Part shown: in pieces, positions 19,296 to 28,795 of the stretch
How the letters are laid out: the number at the start of each line of letters is the position of its first letter
Position numbering within the stretch: the stretch's first letter is position 1
DNA from: Candidatus Woesearchaeota archaeon
Lineage (GTDB): Archaea > Nanobdellota > Nanobdellia > SCGC-AAA011-G17 > GW2011-AR18
NCBI GenBank assembly: GCA_964430545.1
Contig: CAYSFG010000024.1
Coordinates: forward strand, 24,534 to 88,533
Reading direction: 5' to 3'
Length of the DNA: 64,000 nucleotides
Translations under genes and position numbers: made by a program
The notes under the pieces: generated by a model
The model's input: only the letters and a program-made list of their open reading frames with translations
Told to the model about the DNA's origin: nothing
The model's database searches: none

Positions 19296-19850
19296 ATGGC
19301 AACAGTGCTTGATGTTGGATTATTATCTTTTTTCATGCCATTTTTTGTATTTTTTTTTGTATTTGTATTAATTTATGCTTTATTATCAAAAACAAATATT
19401 TTTGGTGAGAAACAACAAGTTCTTAATTTTGTAGGAGCAATTTGTGTTGCAGCTATTTCAGTATTTACTGGAACAATTACTGGTGTAGTTGTAAATATCG
19501 TACCTTGGATTACTCTTATAATTATTGTATTATTATTATTATTTGGATTATTTATATTTTTCAGTCCTAAAGCAGAATATGCAGAAATTTGGGATACTAT
19601 TGGGGGTAAAACAGTTATATATGTTTTGATTTTAATAGTTGTTCTTATAGGTTTAGTTAAATCTTTTGAACAAGATATAAGTCCTTATACAGACAAAAAT
19701 GGTATAGTAATAACACCAACTTCTAATGATCAGAATTCAAATGTTAAGGGTGCAGTTATTTCTACTTTGATACATCCTAGAGTGTTGGGTGCTTTGTTTA
19801 TTCTCATTGTTTCAGGTTTATCAATTAAAATTATTTTAGATAAAATTTAA
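19296..19850 (+). CDS. Multi-TM membrane protein, paralog 3 of 3
   Basis: FFMPFFVFFFVFVLIYALLSKTNIFG motif. Confidence 0.8.
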   Translation: MATVLDVGLLSFFMPFFVFFFVFVLIYALLSKTNIFGEKQQVLNFVGAICVAAISVFTGTITGVVVNIVPWITLIIIVLLLLFGLFIFFSPKAEYAEIWDTIGGKTVIYVLILIVVLIGLVKSFEQDISPYTDKNGIVITPTSNDQNSNVKGAVISTLIHPRVLGALFILIVSGLSIKIILDKI

Positions 19851-19885
19851 TTTATTATTTAGGTTTCTTTATAATAATTATAGTT

Positions 19886-20095
19886 TTATTTTTTATAATT
19901 TATTATTCCATAATATAAAATAGCCGCAAAAGGAGTGTAAACTATTAATGGATGGCTAAATTTAATTGATTGGTCATCCATTAAAACATAACTTTCTAAT
20001 ATAATCCCACTTAAACCTGCGACTATAGGTATTACTTTTTGTATTTTATCCAATATTTTTTCTTTTTTATAATGATTATATACTATTTTTTCCAT
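19886..20095 (-). CDS. Small membrane protein
   Basis: ORF track; two hydrophobic segments. Confidence 0.5.
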   Translation of the reverse strand: MEKIVYNHYKKEKILDKIQKVIPIVAGLSGIILESYVLMDDQSIKFSHPLIVYTPFAAILYYGIINYKK

Positions 20096-20117
20096 TATTT
20101 TTAGTGTATAAAATTTT

Positions 20118-20678
20118 TTACTTCTTATATTTTTTCATTTCTTCAGTTATTCTTCCAAGTTCTTTTATATTTGAAGTTAATGGTTCTAATATTTTTTCAA
20201 ATACTTTTTCTAATGCTTTCATTTCTGATGTTATATTTCTTATTCCTTGGTCATAATCTCCCAATTTTCCAGCTATTGCATTTTGTAATCCTTCAAATCT
20301 TTGTTGTGTTCTTATTATTTCTTGTTTAATCCCAATTAAATCATTGTTTACTTTATCTTTCCATACAGCCAGATTTCCTACTCCTTGCGTCATTTCTTCA
20401 AATTTTTCTTTTACTACAGCTTCTACTATAGCTTGTATTCTTTCAGAATCTAATGTTTGTTGGGGATAATTTGTTCCTGCTTCTTGGTAAGCTGGCGCAT
20501 CTTGAGTATAATTCTGATTGTCAACATAATTTGTTTCAGGTAATTCTTCTGCAACTTCAACATTTCCTAAATCTGCTTCTGTAGGTAATTCAGCTCCTTC
20601 CGTAGGTTCTGGAACATCACTTAAAATTCCATCAACACCTGATTTTATATCTTGAAAACTATTTTGATTCTCTGCCAT
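20118..20678 (-). CDS. Acidic N-terminus / coiled-coil protein
   Basis: E/P-rich N-terminus, heptad C-terminus; overlaps the upstream gene. Confidence 0.8.
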   Translation of the reverse strand: MAENQNSFQDIKSGVDGILSDVPEPTEGAELPTEADLGNVEVAEELPETNYVDNQNYTQDAPAYQEAGTNYPQQTLDSERIQAIVEAVVKEKFEEMTQGVGNLAVWKDKVNNDLIGIKQEIIRTQQRFEGLQNAIAGKLGDYDQGIRNITSEMKALEKVFEKILEPLTSNIKELGRITEEMKKYKK

Positions 20679-21045
20679 GTTTTTCTACCTCTTTTATTTC
20701 ATTTTTTATTATATTTTTTACATCTTGTTCTGTTACAAATTTCATAGGATTCCATAAATTAATATACTTTTCTAAAAATTTCATATCTTCTTTTCTTGCG
20801 AATGAGTCTAGTTCTTTTAATAAATGTCTTAATGCTTCTTTTATTCTATAAATATTTACTTTAATTTCTTGTACATCTTCATTTACTAATTTTATTTCTG
20901 TTGTTGTTTTTTTATATTCTTCAATCATATTATTATTTATTAATAGCATTCTATCTCTTAATAAATTATATTTTCCTTCTATTTCTCTTATTCTTGTACT
21001 CATATCAAAATAGAAATTCTGTTCTTGTGACTGTTCTTCTGTCAT
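20659..21045 (-). CDS. Coiled-coil protein
   Basis: Heptads, ARKEDMKFLEKYINLWNP motif; divergent from the pilus ATPase. Confidence 0.8.
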   Translation of the reverse strand: MTEEQSQEQNFYFDMSTRIREIEGKYNLLRDRMLLINNNMIEEYKKTTTEIKLVNEDVQEIKVNIYRIKEALRHLLKELDSFARKEDMKFLEKYINLWNPMKFVTEQDVKNIIKNEIKEVEKHGRESK

Positions 21046-21122
21046 AGTTAATTTATATCTAGTCTACTAAATAAAGCTTTTGAATACTAATCTTTATATA
21101 ATTCTTTATTATAATATTCTTA

Positions 21123-23414
21123 ATGGTGTTATTTAAAAAAGCTAAAAAGCCAGGTGAATATGAAATACAAAAAGAAGGTAGTGATGATGTTCTACATTTA
21201 AATTATGATTCTTATCCTAGAATTCCTTCAATAGAAGAAGATTCTGTTATATTTTCTTTAATCATTGAAAGACTTGCTTTAACTCCTAATGTTAGTCGTA
21301 TTGTTTTTCATCAAAAAAAGAAATATGAATATAGTTATTCTCAGACATTATTATTAGTAGAAATTGCAAGAATTTATAATCATTTTATAAAACAAAAAAG
21401 CATTTTAACTCAGGCAGCTTTAGAAGTTTTTGGACCATTACAAGATTCAATTTACAAAATTAAAAATTTACAAAATTTAATATTAAATTTATTAAAGTCA
21501 GATCCTGTTGGTGCTTTTGTTGAGACTAAAAGATTATTGAGAGAAGAGAGAATAAATATTTCTAAAAATAATTCTGAAGATTATAAAATAAAATTACAAC
21601 CTTACTTATCTGTTCTTACAGAAATTTATTCTTTATTAGAAAACACAAAACTTATACAAAATTCTAAAGATTATATAGATGGTTATATTGTCGGTCAGCG
21701 TGAAGTTTACAAATCTTTATTCAGGCCAACTATAACCCCAGATTTTATGTACACCAGATTATTAGCTACTCCGCCTTTAGATTCAGAAGCTGTGGATTCT
21801 TATTCTTTAGAAAAAAATACCCATGTTCAAATTTTTAATACGAGTGAAACTATCAAACCGCTATATCATTTAATCCCTCCAGAATTTCAGATTTCTGAAG
21901 ATAAATATGAACTTTTAGACCTTGCTAGAAAAGTTCTTTCTGAACATCAGCCTAAAGCTGAAGAATTTATAGATTCTGAAAAAATGCGTGAAACATTTTT
22001 TAACATTGGTAAAGATTTAATTACAGAATTATCTCAACATAAAAATATTTCTTTATCTTATCAAGAAGTCGAAGAACTTGCAAATATTCTTGTTCGTTAT
22101 ACTGTTGGTTTTGGTCTAGTAGAAACTTTATTACAGGATCCAGAAATACAAGATATTAGTATTAATAGTCCTGCTGGTTCTAGCCCTATTTTTATTGTTC
22201 ATGGTAAATATGATGAGTGTGTTTCAAACATAATAACTTCTATTGAAGATGTTGATAGTTGGGCTTCTAAGTTTAGGTTAATTTCTGGAAGACCTTTAGA
22301 TGAAGCCAATCCTGTTTTAGATACTGAACTTTTTATTCCAGGTGCTAGAGCAAGAGTTGCTATTATCCAAAAACCTTTGAGCCCAAATGGTCTTGCTTTT
22401 TCTATTAGAAGACATCGTGATAAACCGTGGACTTTACCTTTATTTATTAAAAATAATATGATGACTGATCTTGCTGCAGGGCTTTTAAGTTTTATTATAG
22501 AGGGAAACAGAACGTTACTTGTGGCTGGTACTCGTGGATCTGGAAAAACTTCAGTTTTGGGTTCAGTTCTCGTAGAAATTATGAGGAAATATAGAATAAT
22601 AACTATTGAAGACACTTTTGAACTTCCAAATGATGAATTAAGAAAATTAGGTTATAACATTCAGGGAATGAAAGTTCGTAGTGCTCTTGCTAAATCTGGT
22701 TCTGAATTAGCTGCTGATGAAGGTATTCGTACAAGTTTACGTATGGGTGATTCATCTTTAATCGTTGGAGAAGTTAGAAGTCTCGAAGCTTTAGCTATTT
22801 TTGAGGCCATGAGAACTGGTGCTTTGGCGAATACCGTTGCTGGTACAATTCATGGCGATTCTCCATACGGTGTTTTTGATAGGATAGTTAATGATCTAAA
22901 AGTTCCCAAAACAAGTTTTAAAGCTGTCGATATTATTATTGTTGCTAATCCTATTCGTTCTGCTGATGGATTGCATAGGGCAAGGAGAATTACACAAATA
23001 ACAGAAGTTCGTAAAGAATGGAATGATGATCCTTTAACTGAAGGGGGTTTTGTTGATTTAATGCGTTATGATAGTAAAACAGATTCCCTAGTCCCAACAG
23101 AAGAATTATTAAATGGAGATTCAGATATAATTAAAAGTATAGCTTCTAATGTAAAAGAGTGGGCTGGTTCTTGGGATTCGATTTGGGAAAATATTTTATT
23201 AAGAGCTAAAATTAAAAAGACTATTGTTGAATATTCTGAAGAATTAAATGATCCAGATTTATTAGAAGCTAAAACAGTTATACAATTAAACGACGAGTTT
23301 CATAGAATTAGTGAACGTGTTAAACAAAAAACTGGGTTTTTAAATAGTAAACAAATTTTTTTTGAATGGGAAGAATATTTCAAAAAATATATTAAATTAA
23401 GTTATAAACAATGA
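21123..23414 (+). CDS. Type II/IV secretion (pilus assembly) ATPase with long N-terminal extension
   Basis: GTRGSGKT Walker A, TIEDTFEL Asp box, IVGEVRS Walker B, GTIHG His box. Confidence 0.93.
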   Translation: MVLFKKAKKPGEYEIQKEGSDDVLHLNYDSYPRIPSIEEDSVIFSLIIERLALTPNVSRIVFHQKKKYEYSYSQTLLLVEIARIYNHFIKQKSILTQAALEVFGPLQDSIYKIKNLQNLILNLLKSDPVGAFVETKRLLREERINISKNNSEDYKIKLQPYLSVLTEIYSLLENTKLIQNSKDYIDGYIVGQREVYKSLFRPTITPDFMYTRLLATPPLDSEAVDSYSLEKNTHVQIFNTSETIKPLYHLIPPEFQISEDKYELLDLARKVLSEHQPKAEEFIDSEKMRETFFNIGKDLITELSQHKNISLSYQEVEELANILVRYTVGFGLVETLLQDPEIQDISINSPAGSSPIFIVHGKYDECVSNIITSIEDVDSWASKFRLISGRPLDEANPVLDTELFIPGARARVAIIQKPLSPNGLAFSIRRHRDKPWTLPLFIKNNMMTDLAAGLLSFIIEGNRTLLVAGTRGSGKTSVLGSVLVEIMRKYRIITIEDTFELPNDELRKLGYNIQGMKVRSALAKSGSELAADEGIRTSLRMGDSSLIVGEVRSLEALAIFEAMRTGALANTVAGTIHGDSPYGVFDRIVNDLKVPKTSFKAVDIIIVANPIRSADGLHRARRITQITEVRKEWNDDPLTEGGFVDLMRYDSKTDSLVPTEELLNGDSDIIKSIASNVKEWAGSWDSIWENILLRAKIKKTIVEYSEELNDPDLLEAKTVIQLNDEFHRISERVKQKTGFLNSKQIFFEWEEYFKKYIKLSYKQ

Positions 23415-23604
23415 ATTATTTTCTAAATCATAATTAATTTTTTCTTCTTAAAAAAACTATATATTATTAATAAATAAAAGTTATAATTTATTAAATATAA
23501 AATAGAAATATTATTCTGTCTGACTAACACTAAACACAATATAAAAATAAAGTTTCAACAATCACTTTTATATATTCTTAATTTCTTTAATATATCAAAA
23601 GAAG

Positions 23605-25776
23605 ATGACAGAAGATAAAAAATTAAAGGATATATTATCAAAATATAGAAATAAGGTAGGTGAGCATATTGATTTAGACTCTGGTGATATTAGTTCTGAG
23701 GATATTAAAAAATTTTCTAGTGAATATATTAAATTTAAAGAAGAAGTTTTATCAGTTAAAAGGTCTAGTTATGAAAAATGGTGTAATGCTACTGAAAAAT
23801 TAATTTCTTTTAAGCCAGATAAGAATAAAGAAAAAATATTACAAGAAAGTATAGATGCTGCGCATATTGATATTACTCCTGCAGGTGCTGCTAGTTTTGC
23901 TGTTTTTATTGGGTTTATTATAATTTTATTTGGTATAATAGTTAGTTTAGTTTCATATTTAGTTTTCAATTCAATTCCTTTTTTTACTATTTCTTTAATT
24001 TTAATTTTTGGTCTAATTGCCGTTTTGAAATTTACAGATATTCCTATTTATATGGCTGCTCGTTGGCGTTTAAAAGCAAGTAATCAAATGGTTATTTGTA
24101 TTTTATATGTTGTTATTTATATGCGTCATACTTCTAATCTAGAACATGCTATTAAATTTGCAGCTGAACATATTGATGCTCCTTTGTCTTTTGATCTTAG
24201 AAAAATATTTTGGGATATAGAAACTGAAAAATTTTCTACAATTAAAGAATCTTTAGATAATTATTTAGAAACTTGGCGTCATCATAATTTAGAATTTGTT
24301 ACTGCTTTTCATCTTATTGAATCTTCTTTGTTTGAACCTACTGAATCTAGAAGAATTGATTTATTAGAAAAAGGTTTGAATGTTATTCTTGATGGTACTT
24401 ATGAAAAAATGCTTCATTATGCCCAGGATCTTAAGGGCCCGATAACTACATTACATATGTTAGGTGTTATTTTACCAATTTTAGGTTTAGTTATATTTCC
24501 TTTAATCGGTTCTTTCCTTAATGGTCTTGTTAAGTGGTATCATCTCGCTCTACTTTATAATATTATACTTCCTATTTTAGTATTTTATTTAGGTATTAAT
24601 ATTTTATCTAAGAGGCCTACAGGTTATGGTGATTCTAAGGTTGCTAAAAATGTTTACAAACAGTCTTTTAATCCATTTTTTATTTGTTTTTTTATTGCTG
24701 TTTTATTTTTAGTAATTGGTTTATTCCCATTATTATTTCAGTTGACTTTACCTGTTGCAAAAGAAAGTCTTGGTTGTGTTTCTGGTGATATTGATATTGG
24801 TAGTTTTGGTTGTTTTTTTGGTTATGTTCCTTTTGGTAAAGAATATTTTGGTCCTTTTGGTATTGGTGCATTATTTTTAGGTTTTTTTATTCCAGCAGGT
24901 CTTGCTATTGCTATGAGTGTTTATTTTAAATTAAAAACTAAAAATTTTATTGACATTAGAAATGATACAAAAAATCTTGAATCTGAATTTGCTTCTGCTC
25001 TTTTTCAATTAGGTAATAGGGTTGGTGATGGTATTCCTACAGAATTAGCTTTTAGCAAGGTTTCTCAAACTTTAGAAGAAACTCCGTCTGGTAATTTTTT
25101 TAGAATTGTTGATACAAATATTAGACAATTAGGCATGGGGCTTAAAGAAGCTATTTTTAATGAAAAAAACGGGGCTATACTTTCTTATCCTTCTTCTTTG
25201 ATTGAAAGTTCTATGGAAGTTCTTTTGGAGAGTTCAAGAAAAGGTCCTTCTATTGTTTCTCAGTCTATGATTAGTATTGCTAATTATGTTGATAAGATTC
25301 ATCAGGTTTCTGAAAGATTAAAAGATTTATTAGCAGAAGTAATTTCTTCTATGAAATCCCAGATTAATTTTTTAACACCTGTAATTGCCGGGATTGTTGT
25401 TGGTATTTCTGTAATGATTGTTAATATTATTGTTGTATTAAACACTAGCATTTCTAAAATTGCTTCTCAAAATTCAGGTGATCTCGGTACTGGGGGTATA
25501 GAAGGATTAAGTGGTTTGTTTAGTATTAATGGAATAATTCCAGGTTATTTTTTTCAATTAGTAGTTGGCCTTTATGTTGTTGAGATTACTTATGTTTTAA
25601 CAGTATTACAAAATGGAATTGAAAATGGTAATGATAAACTTAATGAGCAATATCTTCTTTCTAAAAATATTATGAGGAGTTTTTTATTATATGCTGTAAT
25701 TGCCTTAATAGTCACATTATTATTTACTGGTCTTGCTAGTGTTGTATTGCAAGGTTCTAATATTGGTCTTGCTTAA
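23605..25776 (+). CDS. Type IV pilus/Tad membrane platform protein (FlaJ/TadC-like, double domain)
   Basis: Two T2SSF-like halves with multiple TMs, following the ATPase. Confidence 0.85.
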   Translation: MTEDKKLKDILSKYRNKVGEHIDLDSGDISSEDIKKFSSEYIKFKEEVLSVKRSSYEKWCNATEKLISFKPDKNKEKILQESIDAAHIDITPAGAASFAVFIGFIIILFGIIVSLVSYLVFNSIPFFTISLILIFGLIAVLKFTDIPIYMAARWRLKASNQMVICILYVVIYMRHTSNLEHAIKFAAEHIDAPLSFDLRKIFWDIETEKFSTIKESLDNYLETWRHHNLEFVTAFHLIESSLFEPTESRRIDLLEKGLNVILDGTYEKMLHYAQDLKGPITTLHMLGVILPILGLVIFPLIGSFLNGLVKWYHLALLYNIILPILVFYLGINILSKRPTGYGDSKVAKNVYKQSFNPFFICFFIAVLFLVIGLFPLLFQLTLPVAKESLGCVSGDIDIGSFGCFFGYVPFGKEYFGPFGIGALFLGFFIPAGLAIAMSVYFKLKTKNFIDIRNDTKNLESEFASALFQLGNRVGDGIPTELAFSKVSQTLEETPSGNFFRIVDTNIRQLGMGLKEAIFNEKNGAILSYPSSLIESSMEVLLESSRKGPSIVSQSMISIANYVDKIHQVSERLKDLLAEVISSMKSQINFLTPVIAGIVVGISVMIVNIIVVLNTSISKIASQNSGDLGTGGIEGLSGLFSINGIIPGYFFQLVVGLYVVEITYVLTVLQNGIENGNDKLNEQYLLSKNIMRSFLLYAVIALIVTLLFTGLASVVLQGSNIGLA

Positions 25777-25812
25777 AAACATTTATATATAATATAATAA
25801 ATTATTTCTTAT

Positions 25813-25938
25813 ATGAAAAAGAAAGGGTGGTCAGATTATGCTATGAATGTTATGATTATTATTATTTCTATACTTATTTTTTTAGCAGTTATTTGGTATA
25901 TATTTTTTAAAAAATTAGAGGTGTTTAATTTATTATGA
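25813..25938 (+). CDS. Small pilin-like protein, 41 aa (below ORF-track cutoff)
   Basis: MKKKG/WSDYAMNVMIIIISILIFLAVIWYIFFKKLEVFNLL*; ATGA overlap with the next gene. Confidence 0.75.
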   Translation: MKKKGWSDYAMNVMIIIISILIFLAVIWYIFFKKLEVFNLL

Positions 25939-27176
25939 ATAAAAAAGGTTTGAGAAATGATGTTTTGATTCTTTTAATTCTTTCCCTAGTTATATTAATG
26001 ATTATTGGCAGTTTTGCTTATGCTTTTAATCTGTTTGCTTCTAGAGAATCTAATGTCGAAATTGTCCAGGCTTGGGTTGGTCAAAAAGTAAATTCAAAAT
26101 TAACTCTTGGGGGTAAGTGGCCTCCTGTTAGGGAGTTAGATAAACCTTTAATTATAAAAAATCCTAAAGATTTAAGATATAATGGAAATGAACCTCCTAA
26201 ATTTTACAGAGAAATTGCAGATTCTATGTATGATTGTTGGAGAGCTTTTGATAAAGGTGAAAGTGATTTTATTGGTTCTGTTTCTGGTATTACCGATTAT
26301 GTAAAGAATGTTAAGAAAGAAATTTTTTGTTATCCTTGCAGAGCAATTTCTTTTTCAAATGAAATAAAAAATGATGTGCCTGAAGTTCAAGGTTTTCTTA
26401 GATACTTAAATGAATATAAACCAATTGAAGGTGAAGATAAACTTACTTATTTGCAATACTTAGCTAATGATGATACTTATACTTTAAGTAATGAAGATTT
26501 AGAAAATGATAAATTTGCTACAGACAAAGATCTTTATGTAATGTTATTTGCTGCTTCTGGAAGAGCATGGAATCAGATTGCGTGGGAATTATTAGGTGTT
26601 CAGTCTGGTGAACTTCAGGAAGCTCAAGGTTATTCTCCTAAAAATATTAATGAAGGAAGTGAAGGACAGATTACATCAACAAATACAAATTCTGGAGTAG
26701 GTAATCTTGCAGCTTCAGGTGTTACAGCTGGTGTTACTGCTTCTCGTAAGATTATTGCTAATAAAATAACTTCTAAACTTGCTGAAGAAGGTGTTGTTGG
26801 TTTAAGTGAAACTGCTGTTAATTTTATTCAAGGTGAAGGTCAGGCTGTTGAATTTGGTGCTTCCAGATTAACTGCTAAATCAGTTACAAAAGCCGCAGGC
26901 AGAACAATTGCTAAAGGTTTTGCTAAAACCTTAGGTGCTAAGTTCATACCTTATATAGGGTGGAGTCTTGCTTTGTATGAGTCAGGTACTGGTGTTTATC
27001 GTTTAGTTTTCAATCCTAAACCTTTTGTTGCTACTGTTATGATTGTTGAGCCAAAAGATTTTTTAACTAAATGCAATGGCCCAAATATAGAACAAATTAA
27101 TGAAAATATTCAATCAGATGTTGAAAAATTTAAAGAAGCCCAGAGTGAAACATTCACACCTGGAAGAAAATTTTAA
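25935..27176 (+). CDS. Large class III signal-peptide protein with Gly/Ala-rich amphipathic C-terminal region
   Basis: MNKKG/LRNDVLILLILSLVIL...; C-terminal AGRTIAKGFAKTLGAKFIPYIGWSLALY. Confidence 0.8.
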   Translation: MNKKGLRNDVLILLILSLVILMIIGSFAYAFNLFASRESNVEIVQAWVGQKVNSKLTLGGKWPPVRELDKPLIIKNPKDLRYNGNEPPKFYREIADSMYDCWRAFDKGESDFIGSVSGITDYVKNVKKEIFCYPCRAISFSNEIKNDVPEVQGFLRYLNEYKPIEGEDKLTYLQYLANDDTYTLSNEDLENDKFATDKDLYVMLFAASGRAWNQIAWELLGVQSGELQEAQGYSPKNINEGSEGQITSTNTNSGVGNLAASGVTAGVTASRKIIANKITSKLAEEGVVGLSETAVNFIQGEGQAVEFGASRLTAKSVTKAAGRTIAKGFAKTLGAKFIPYIGWSLALYESGTGVYRLVFNPKPFVATVMIVEPKDFLTKCNGPNIEQINENIQSDVEKFKEAQSETFTPGRKF

Positions 27177-27264
27177 TTATTAATTTTATTATGAATTTAA
27201 CTTTTACATTAATTAATTTTAGTATTGGAAAACTTAATATAATTGATAATTTCTTTTAATAACT

Positions 27265-27423
27265 ATGAAAAATAAAAAAGGAGACTTTACATTTAATATA
27301 GTTATAAAATTAGTATTAGCATTAATATTATTAATTTTTTTATTATTATTTATATTTTCATTAAAAGACAGTTCGACTAATATTTTTAACAAGATTGTTC
27401 AAGCTTTGAGGTTTGGTAATTAA
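27265..27423 (+). CDS. Small pilin-like protein, 52 aa (below ORF-track cutoff)
   Basis: MKNKKG/DFTFNIVIKLVLALILLIFLLLFIFSLKDSSTNIFNKIVQALRFGN*. Confidence 0.8.
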   Translation: MKNKKGDFTFNIVIKLVLALILLIFLLLFIFSLKDSSTNIFNKIVQALRFGN

Positions 27424-27425
27424 AA

Positions 27426-28100
27426 ATGGAAATGAGTTTTAAAGTTATAACATGGGTTGTTTCAATTATTGTTTTTATTATTGTTCTTTATGGTTTTTAT
27501 ACTACAACAGAAAATCCCATTAAGTCATTATTAAGTTTTGGAAATGAGTCAACTTCTAGTGGTGATAGCATACATCAATTAAATGATGTGGATAAGATTT
27601 ATTTTTATTCTAGTTTTGTTTCAGATGTTAAGAGATGTTCTGATTCTAAAGATAATGAATGTTATTGTCCTTTGACTAATACTATTATTCCTAAAACTTA
27701 TTCAATTTTATTAAAGAATGTTGCTGGTCGTGCAGCTTTATTATTATATAAAGATGCTTTAATTTCATCATGCACTATTCAAAATTTAGAACCAGTTTCT
27801 CAGAATAGTTTTCCTTTTAGTTTTTATATAGAAAATATTCGTGGTAAACCTTCATTAGATAATTATGAGGAAAATGGTTATACTTTCAATAAATTAAAAT
27901 TAAATGATTTTACTATTGCTACTGATATTTTATTTCAAAATAATGAAATATGTTCAGCAAAAGATATAAACGGAAGAAATTATATTGATTTTAAGAATGG
28001 AATTTTATATAAATTTAATAATAATATTATTGGAATGACAAGAACCCAGCCTAATCTAAGAAGATGTTCTTTTGATTTAGTTACAGAAACGTCAGAATAA
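27426..28100 (+). CDS. Pilin-like protein with no basic leader peptide
   Basis: MEMSFKVITWVVSIIVFIIVLYGF; in-frame TAA at 27417-27419 excludes an upstream leader; Cys-rich globular domain. Confidence 0.75.
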   Translation: MEMSFKVITWVVSIIVFIIVLYGFYTTTENPIKSLLSFGNESTSSGDSIHQLNDVDKIYFYSSFVSDVKRCSDSKDNECYCPLTNTIIPKTYSILLKNVAGRAALLLYKDALISSCTIQNLEPVSQNSFPFSFYIENIRGKPSLDNYEENGYTFNKLKLNDFTIATDILFQNNEICSAKDINGRNYIDFKNGILYKFNNNIIGMTRTQPNLRRCSFDLVTETSE

Positions 28101-28182
28101 TTTAGTGAAATATTAAATTTTAGAGAGTTACCAAAAGCTTTAAATATAAACTTCATCATAAAATATTATTCAGAGGTGTTTG

Positions 28183-28575
28183 ATGTTTAATAAAAAGGGT
28201 ATGGAATTACCACAAGGTGTTGTTATTGTCGCATTGATTCTAATAGTTTTAGTTATAATTATTTTAGTATTTGTTGTAGGAGGATTTGGTACTGTTGGTC
28301 AAAAATTAAAAGATATATTTTCTAGCCAGACAAGCGGACAAAATATTGATTTAGCAGTTAGGACTTGTCAAAATCTTTGTGATTCAGCTAAAACTGTCAC
28401 ATCTGATCTTCAGCGTACTTCAGGTTATTGCAGACAAACATTTATGATAGATGAAGATAATAATGCTAAAACTGCATTAAAAAAAGCAACATGTAGTGCT
28501 ACTAATTATAATTCTGTACTAGCTGTTAATTCTGAAACATCTATTGGCGTTGAATGTTCTGAAGTCCAATGTTAG
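28183..28575 (+). CDS. Type IV pilin (candidate major pilin)
   Basis: MFNKKG/MELPQGVVIVALILIVLVIIILVFVVGGFG; six Cys. Confidence 0.85.
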   Translation: MFNKKGMELPQGVVIVALILIVLVIIILVFVVGGFGTVGQKLKDIFSSQTSGQNIDLAVRTCQNLCDSAKTVTSDLQRTSGYCRQTFMIDEDNNAKTALKKATCSATNYNSVLAVNSETSIGVECSEVQC

Positions 28576-28580
28576 TAAAA

Positions 28581-28763
28581 ATGAATAAAAAAGCAGTTAA
28601 TCTTTCTTTAGAGACAGTGGTTGTTATGATTATTATTTTAATTGTAGTAGGTTTAATAATTTATTTTGCTATAACTTATCTTCCTAATTTATTTGATTCA
28701 TTCAGACAACAAGGTGTTACTGCAACAAATCTTGTTAAAGATTCAAGTATTCCTAAACCATAA
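28581..28763 (+). CDS. Small type IV pilin
   Basis: MNKKA/VNLSLETVVVMIIILIVVGLIIYF. Confidence 0.85.
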   Translation: MNKKAVNLSLETVVVMIIILIVVGLIIYFAITYLPNLFDSFRQQGVTATNLVKDSSIPKP

Positions 28764-28795
28764 ATAATAAATACTAAAGTCCTTATTTTATTTAT

